64,000 nt of DNA from the human T2T-CHM13v2.0 reference genome, Homo sapiens: the NCBI RefSeq assembly GCF_009914755.1, contig NC_060928.1, one strand, 5' to 3'. Shown in pieces: positions 58,171-64,000 of this stretch. Within the stretch, counting starts at the first letter, position 1. The number at the start of each line of letters is the position of its first letter. The notes below the pieces were generated by a model that was not told the DNA's origin, did no database searches, and saw only the letters and a program-made list of their open reading frames with translations. The translations under genes and the position numbers were made by a program.

Positions 58171-58546
58171 AAAGAACCAATGATCCCTCTTCTCTGTGAC
58201 ATTTATAGGATTTAATTATTTTATTTGACATTTATTAGATAGTCATCCATGTCCTCATCTGCCTTTGTGGCTAGATTATAAGCTTGGAGATCGCTATTTT
58301 TTTCTGTGTTTTTCTACATTTTTAGCTTAAGAACTTTGTTAAGTACAAAATTATGCAAGAATAAAAGGGTGGCTATCCAACCTATGACCAAAACACAATA
58401 ATGGTACAACTTTTGAATAAAATCTGCTTTTAACAAAAGGAATATCTGCAGTCAGAGAAAACACCAAATTTCTATGTTCTTTAGTTCTCCAAAGCACCTA
58501 CCACAGCTCCTAATAAAGAATAGCCGTTCAGTAGGCCTTGGTTAAA

Positions 58547-58596
58547 ACACACACACACACACACACAGACACACACACACACACACACACACGCAC
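58547..58596 (+). repeat. (CA)n microsatellite of about 23 units (UG repeat on GPM6A sense)
   Basis: Direct. Confidence 0.93.
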
Positions 58597-58736
58597 CCCT
58601 GTAATAATGACTTACATCATCAGTTCTGCTTGAGTTTTCCAAGAAAAGGGATTGAGAGAAAGAAAGTAAAGCACTTCTTGATCTATTCATGAGAATTTTA
58701 CCATTTAATTTGAGATTTTCTCTTACCCTCATGGAA

Positions 58737-58873
58737 AAATAGAAATAAACATCACCCTATCATCCAAGCGTCAGACAGTAAAACTGTTTGAACTTGAAAC
58801 TCATGATGCATTTCAAGTTCAAACAGTTTTACTGTCTGAAGCTTGGATGATAGGGTGATGTATATATCTATTT
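58737..58873. repeat. Long near-perfect inverted repeat (63-bp arms, 11-nt spacer)
   Basis: 58749-58799 pairs with 58811-58861 at 50/51. The pairing extends to 58737/58873 with 3 mismatches in total. Spacer ctcatgatgca. Confidence 0.96.
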
Positions 58874-59096
58874 CTACCCTAAATAAGGAAAGCTGCAACT
58901 TTTTTTCTGTCTACTGCACTAAATGCTAGTTCCCTGCAACAAAGTCAGTAGTCTACTCCAATAAAGCAGTACTGAATATAAACAAATATAAGTAAGTGTT
59001 GTTACTACATCCCCGTTCACATTTAATCTGTTACCCCTTCCTGGCCATTAGGAAAACTTTATGTGAACAAAGGATATGGTGGTTTCTAGCAGTGAA

Positions 59097-59430
<334 letters not shown>

Positions 59431-59619
59431 TGATAATGGATCTGACTTCAGGAATAATCAAAATAAACACCTATTTGAGGAGATATTCTCTGCTATTACT
59501 TTGGTCTTAATATTGCTAGTGTCTTTTCATTTAAGATTATCCAATATAAAGTAAGCATTCATAGCCTATTTAAAAAGCCAGACTTAAATAAATGGTATTG
59601 GTTCAAGACAGCCATTTTG

Positions 59620-60110
59620 AAAAAGAAGAATTTGACTCAACACTTCAAATTATACACTAGAATAAACTCCTGATGAACCAGAAGAAAACAAATAAATAGA
59701 ATCAAACAAGTGCTAAAGAAAACATGAACGAATTCCTTTGTCAACTGGATAAAGGGAAAAACATTTCTAACTAAGACTAACATTCCACAGGCAATAACGA
59801 AGAGGATTAAAATATTCTACTACATTAAAATTTTAAAAAACACTTTGCATAAAAATTAAGCAAAACAAAATACAAATGAAAACCTGGAAGAAATAGTTTG
59901 GACTTCACCAAAAGTAAAACATTCTCTTTTTGAAAGACACTTCAAGAAAATCTAAAGTCAAGCCATGACAGACTGAGAGCAGTATTTATATTATTTGATA
60001 ATGAACTTGTATGTTGAATATATAATAAACCCAATTCAAAAATAAAAAACACTTTTTTTTTAAAATGAGAAAATATAATTTGAACAGAAACAGACATTTT
60101 ACCAACATAG
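59620..60110 (+). mobile_element. Old L1M fragment
   Basis: ctacattaaaattttaaaaa, ttgaaagacacttcaagaaaat and tttgaacaga...catttt resemble the L1 ORF2 3' region. Confidence 0.6.
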
Positions 60111-60776
60111 TAGGTACCACCTAAACATTTTCACTGTGGGAATAGACTAGTCTTGAACACTAGATTTCAAGAAAAATACTTTATAATTGAAGTTATTAAT
60201 CATTGTTAATTCCCATTTAGCTTGTTCATATATTATAATTCCAAAGAGTTTCTTGATGTCTTTATTGCCATCAAAAGATACACAAACTTATCAAAAGAAT
60301 TTATAGGAGATCCTAGCTAATAATATTACTCTACCATGACATCTTTAGAGATTAATGTATAATTAAAATTAGGAATTTAAAATTGAAAATTATAATTCCT
60401 GAAGCGAGAGAGACCAATGTAACTTACGTCTAAAGTAGAGCCATCCCAATTAAATTCTTCAGTAATGAGATTGTTAAAACCAATTCATCAAGAACAAACA
60501 GCTATTTCCAATATGACTGGGAGAAAAATAATTTCGTTAGCTTTATTGATAGACATTAGAAGACAGCTATGGCTACAACTGACCATAGAATAGAAAAGAG
60601 TTTCTCATAATTAGCGTTAAATCTAACCCATCATAATTTTTTCAGGACATAGGAAAGTGCCTCATTTGAAAATCTGGGGGTGATTTCAATCTTTAAAGTA
60701 TTTACTTAGTGAGTTAGAAAAAAGGGGAAATGTCTATGCCAATTTAAAGAAATTTTCTCCATTATTCATTACATTA

Positions 60777-61140
<364 letters not shown>

Positions 61141-62892
61141 TACAGAATTTCCAAGTGTTATAGAGGCAAGGAAGTGAAGAATCCAGCATGAAAAAGTGTT
61201 AATGATAATTCAATGATATATCCAAAGGGCTAAGTCATAAGGCAGCAAAAGTTTTAATGCACTTGAAGAATGAACAGGAGAACGGTAGAAAATAGTGAAA
61301 GACAATAATAGCAAAACATTGGCAAATATAACATTAATTGAGTTCCCGTTGGGCTCAAATTACTTTTTTAAGTCCTTAACATATAGTAACACATGTAATT
61401 GTCACAATAACTCTGCTTATTACTTACTTATTATCCCTATTTTACAGAGAAGGATATTGAAAAAGATATAGTTGAACTAATTTGTCAAAGTCACACAACT
61501 AATTAGTAGCAAACAGATCCTAACCTAATCTGTCTCTCTATAAAAATGAATTCTAAAGATAAGTGGCTGCTAAGTTATGAAGGAATATGTAGGCCAAGGT
61601 TGCATTTAGATAAGCAACATGAGTAAGTTACATGATTCTGTTCATGTTACAAAATATTTGCATATATAAATTGTATTTATATAATTAACAGTAATTTGAG
61701 AGTAACATACATTTTATAAGCTTAAAATTGGAAATGGATTCTGGAATTCTTTGTCATCATAACAATTTTTTTTAAATCTTTGTTTTTAGAACCAGGAGCT
61801 AAACATTCATATTTAATGTACGCGCCTGGAAATTGGAACGTCCCCCACCCTCCAGGATCTTGAGAAATCCTATTGGGAAAAATATTAAGAAATATGGTAA
61901 AATAAAGATTAGTGTTTTTATTTGAAGGATAAGGATGCTTGTCTAAAACCAACTTAAAATGATAGGAAGTCTATAAAAAGCAAAGCCCAGCAGATAAACC
62001 TACTTGAAAATCTTATTTCCATGACAACAGAAACAGAGCATTAAAGGGCCAGCACACTTCTGCAATGTGTTGTTGTTGAAACATTCAGTCAAATAAAACA
62101 TTTTCAATAAAAGGAATAACCTTTCATATCCATGCTAAATTATAACTACATATTAACATAGGAAAAAATGTTAGCCTGTTTTATAACATAACATTTTTAT
62201 AAATGGAGGGATTATAAGGCTGATTTTTAAAATTATCATGAAGAGATTTAACATCTTTTCTACTGATTCTGAAAAACGGAGAAGTAAAATATAAGATATG
62301 ATCTGACATTGCTTACAGAAAATGAGTTTTCTAGTTTCCATAGCTGTCATTCCATTTATTGTTTTAGAAACATCCAGTTCATCATATTATTTTAAGATAA
62401 TATAGGGTGCTCCTTCATGAATATACATGTAGCCAAAATAATTTTTTCATTTAAAAGAATCACTATTATTTAATGATGTGAGATAGATTTACATTCATAA
62501 TTCTGGGTATTAAAATTTAGTTCTTTTTGGTGTTGCATAGATAAAACATTTAAAAATATTTTGAAAAAGATAGCTTTTTTAATTTCCCTATGGTAACAGC
62601 AATTTTTTTGTACAGAATTCCTTTTTCCTATTATGTTTTTAAGGCTTCCTAAATTTAAATGATTCTCCAAAAGCAAATTTAGCATTAACGTATGTAAAAT
62701 AATTTTGACTCTGCTATTTTAAACAATATATATATTACAGATTTTAAAGGTGTTACTATGTAAATGACTTTGGCCCTCATAACAATCCTGTGTAGTGAGG
62801 AAAGGGCAGATACTGTTATCAGTTTTTTTTAACAAGTGAGGTATTTGATGCTCACACACATTACATGGTAAGTGGCCATAGGAAAAATAAAC

Positions 62893-63160
62893 AGGCTGGC
62901 CATGTTGGTTCACACTTGTGATCCCAACACTGAGGCGGGAGACGTGCTTGAGTCCAGGAGTTTGAGACCAGCCTGGGCAACATAGGGATATCTTGTCTCT
63001 ACAAAAAATAAAAATTAGCTGAACATGGTGACACACACCTCCAGCCACCCTGAAGGCTGAGCCTAGGAGTTCAATGCTTCAGTGAGCCTTGACCTTCATG
63101 CTACTGTGCTCCAGCGTGAGTGATTGAGTGAGATCCTGTGTCTAAAAAAATTTAAAAAAC
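62893..63160 (+). mobile_element. Degenerate AluJ
   Basis: gcttgagtccaggagtttgagaccagcctgggcaacatag, with a deleted right arm. Confidence 0.85.
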
Positions 63161-64000
63161 AGAGAGAATAAACATAGTTCTTTACATTTCCATGGCCATC
63201 TTTTTTCTGCTCTATGATGCTATATACCACAGTTAATTTAGAAGATTAAATATTGACCTTATAGGTCAATTTAGTTATACTTTAATATGAATTGAATTAA
63301 TGGCTCTATGGAGAAAAGAAAAAAGAAAGCATTATTAATCCCAATCCTTGCTTACCTAATTATAAAAATGATAATGCCTTATTAATAATTGATGCATAAT
63401 TTTTCTTTAATTTTATATATGTAAAATATATAAATTACATATATATTTTCTGTATAAACACATTACATATTTTATATGTATATATATGTATGTAGGTAGT
63501 TAGGTAGATATATCAAACTTCAAGCAGGAAATCTTTCAGGGATATACCCAATCTCTGAATTTCTAAACTAAAGAGGTCTATTGATCTATACCCATGAGCA
63601 CAAGGAAAATATTTGCTTGCCAAAAAGAAGAAGCAGGATTTCCTAGATGAAGAGCATGTAAGAAAATACAGAATATAAACACTAATTTCACCTAAAATAG
63701 GGAGGAATTTACAAAAAATATCATTAACTTTGGTTTCTCCAATATAAATGTCTTTCCTTTTACATTCATTTTTTTCTTGACAGGAACATGCTTAAGCTAA
63801 ATGTAAATCTACTGAACAGAGGCCCCTGCCTTCAGAGCACAAAACAATGAGGAGGCAAGTTCACTGCATCTGACCATCTCATTTGTAATCCTAGTTCCAT
63901 GACTGAAATGCCGAGTGACCCTCATGAACTTATTTAAACCTACTGGGTTTCTGTTTCAACACATTTATTCAGGTCTTTGGCAGATATGTGAGCCATAAAT

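Overview
AT-rich human genomic DNA, shown by a human-specific AluYb8-type insertion and primate AluS/J and L1PA elements. It lies in the 5' part of GPM6A (neuronal membrane glycoprotein M6-a, PLP/DM20 family), transcribed on the minus strand. I identified the gene by recognising the protein sequence. Two short coding exons are visible, and neither is in the ORF track. The main one encodes MEENMEEGQTQK(G) (CDS 32671->32635, strong Kozak, GT donor, internal acceptor at 32693). An alternative N-terminal exon encodes MTDLE(G) (7784->7769) and sits antisense inside an old L2 LINE. The shared downstream exons lie off the left edge. The rest is intron or upstream sequence filled with Alu, L1, L2, MIR, MaLR LTR and DNA-transposon remnants and microsatellites. 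No long ORF is a credible gene. The most notable unexplained structures are: a near-perfect 137-bp palindrome (58737-58873) bracketed by splice sites and followed by a UG repeat; a 42-nt poly(A) tract just upstream of the start codon; five AP-1 sites in 1.2 kb (54149-55367); and a probable ancient RTE-clade LINE fossil (about 17.7-18.05 kb). I see no evidence of a new multi-gene system. Old-repeat boundaries and subfamilies are by eye and approximate.
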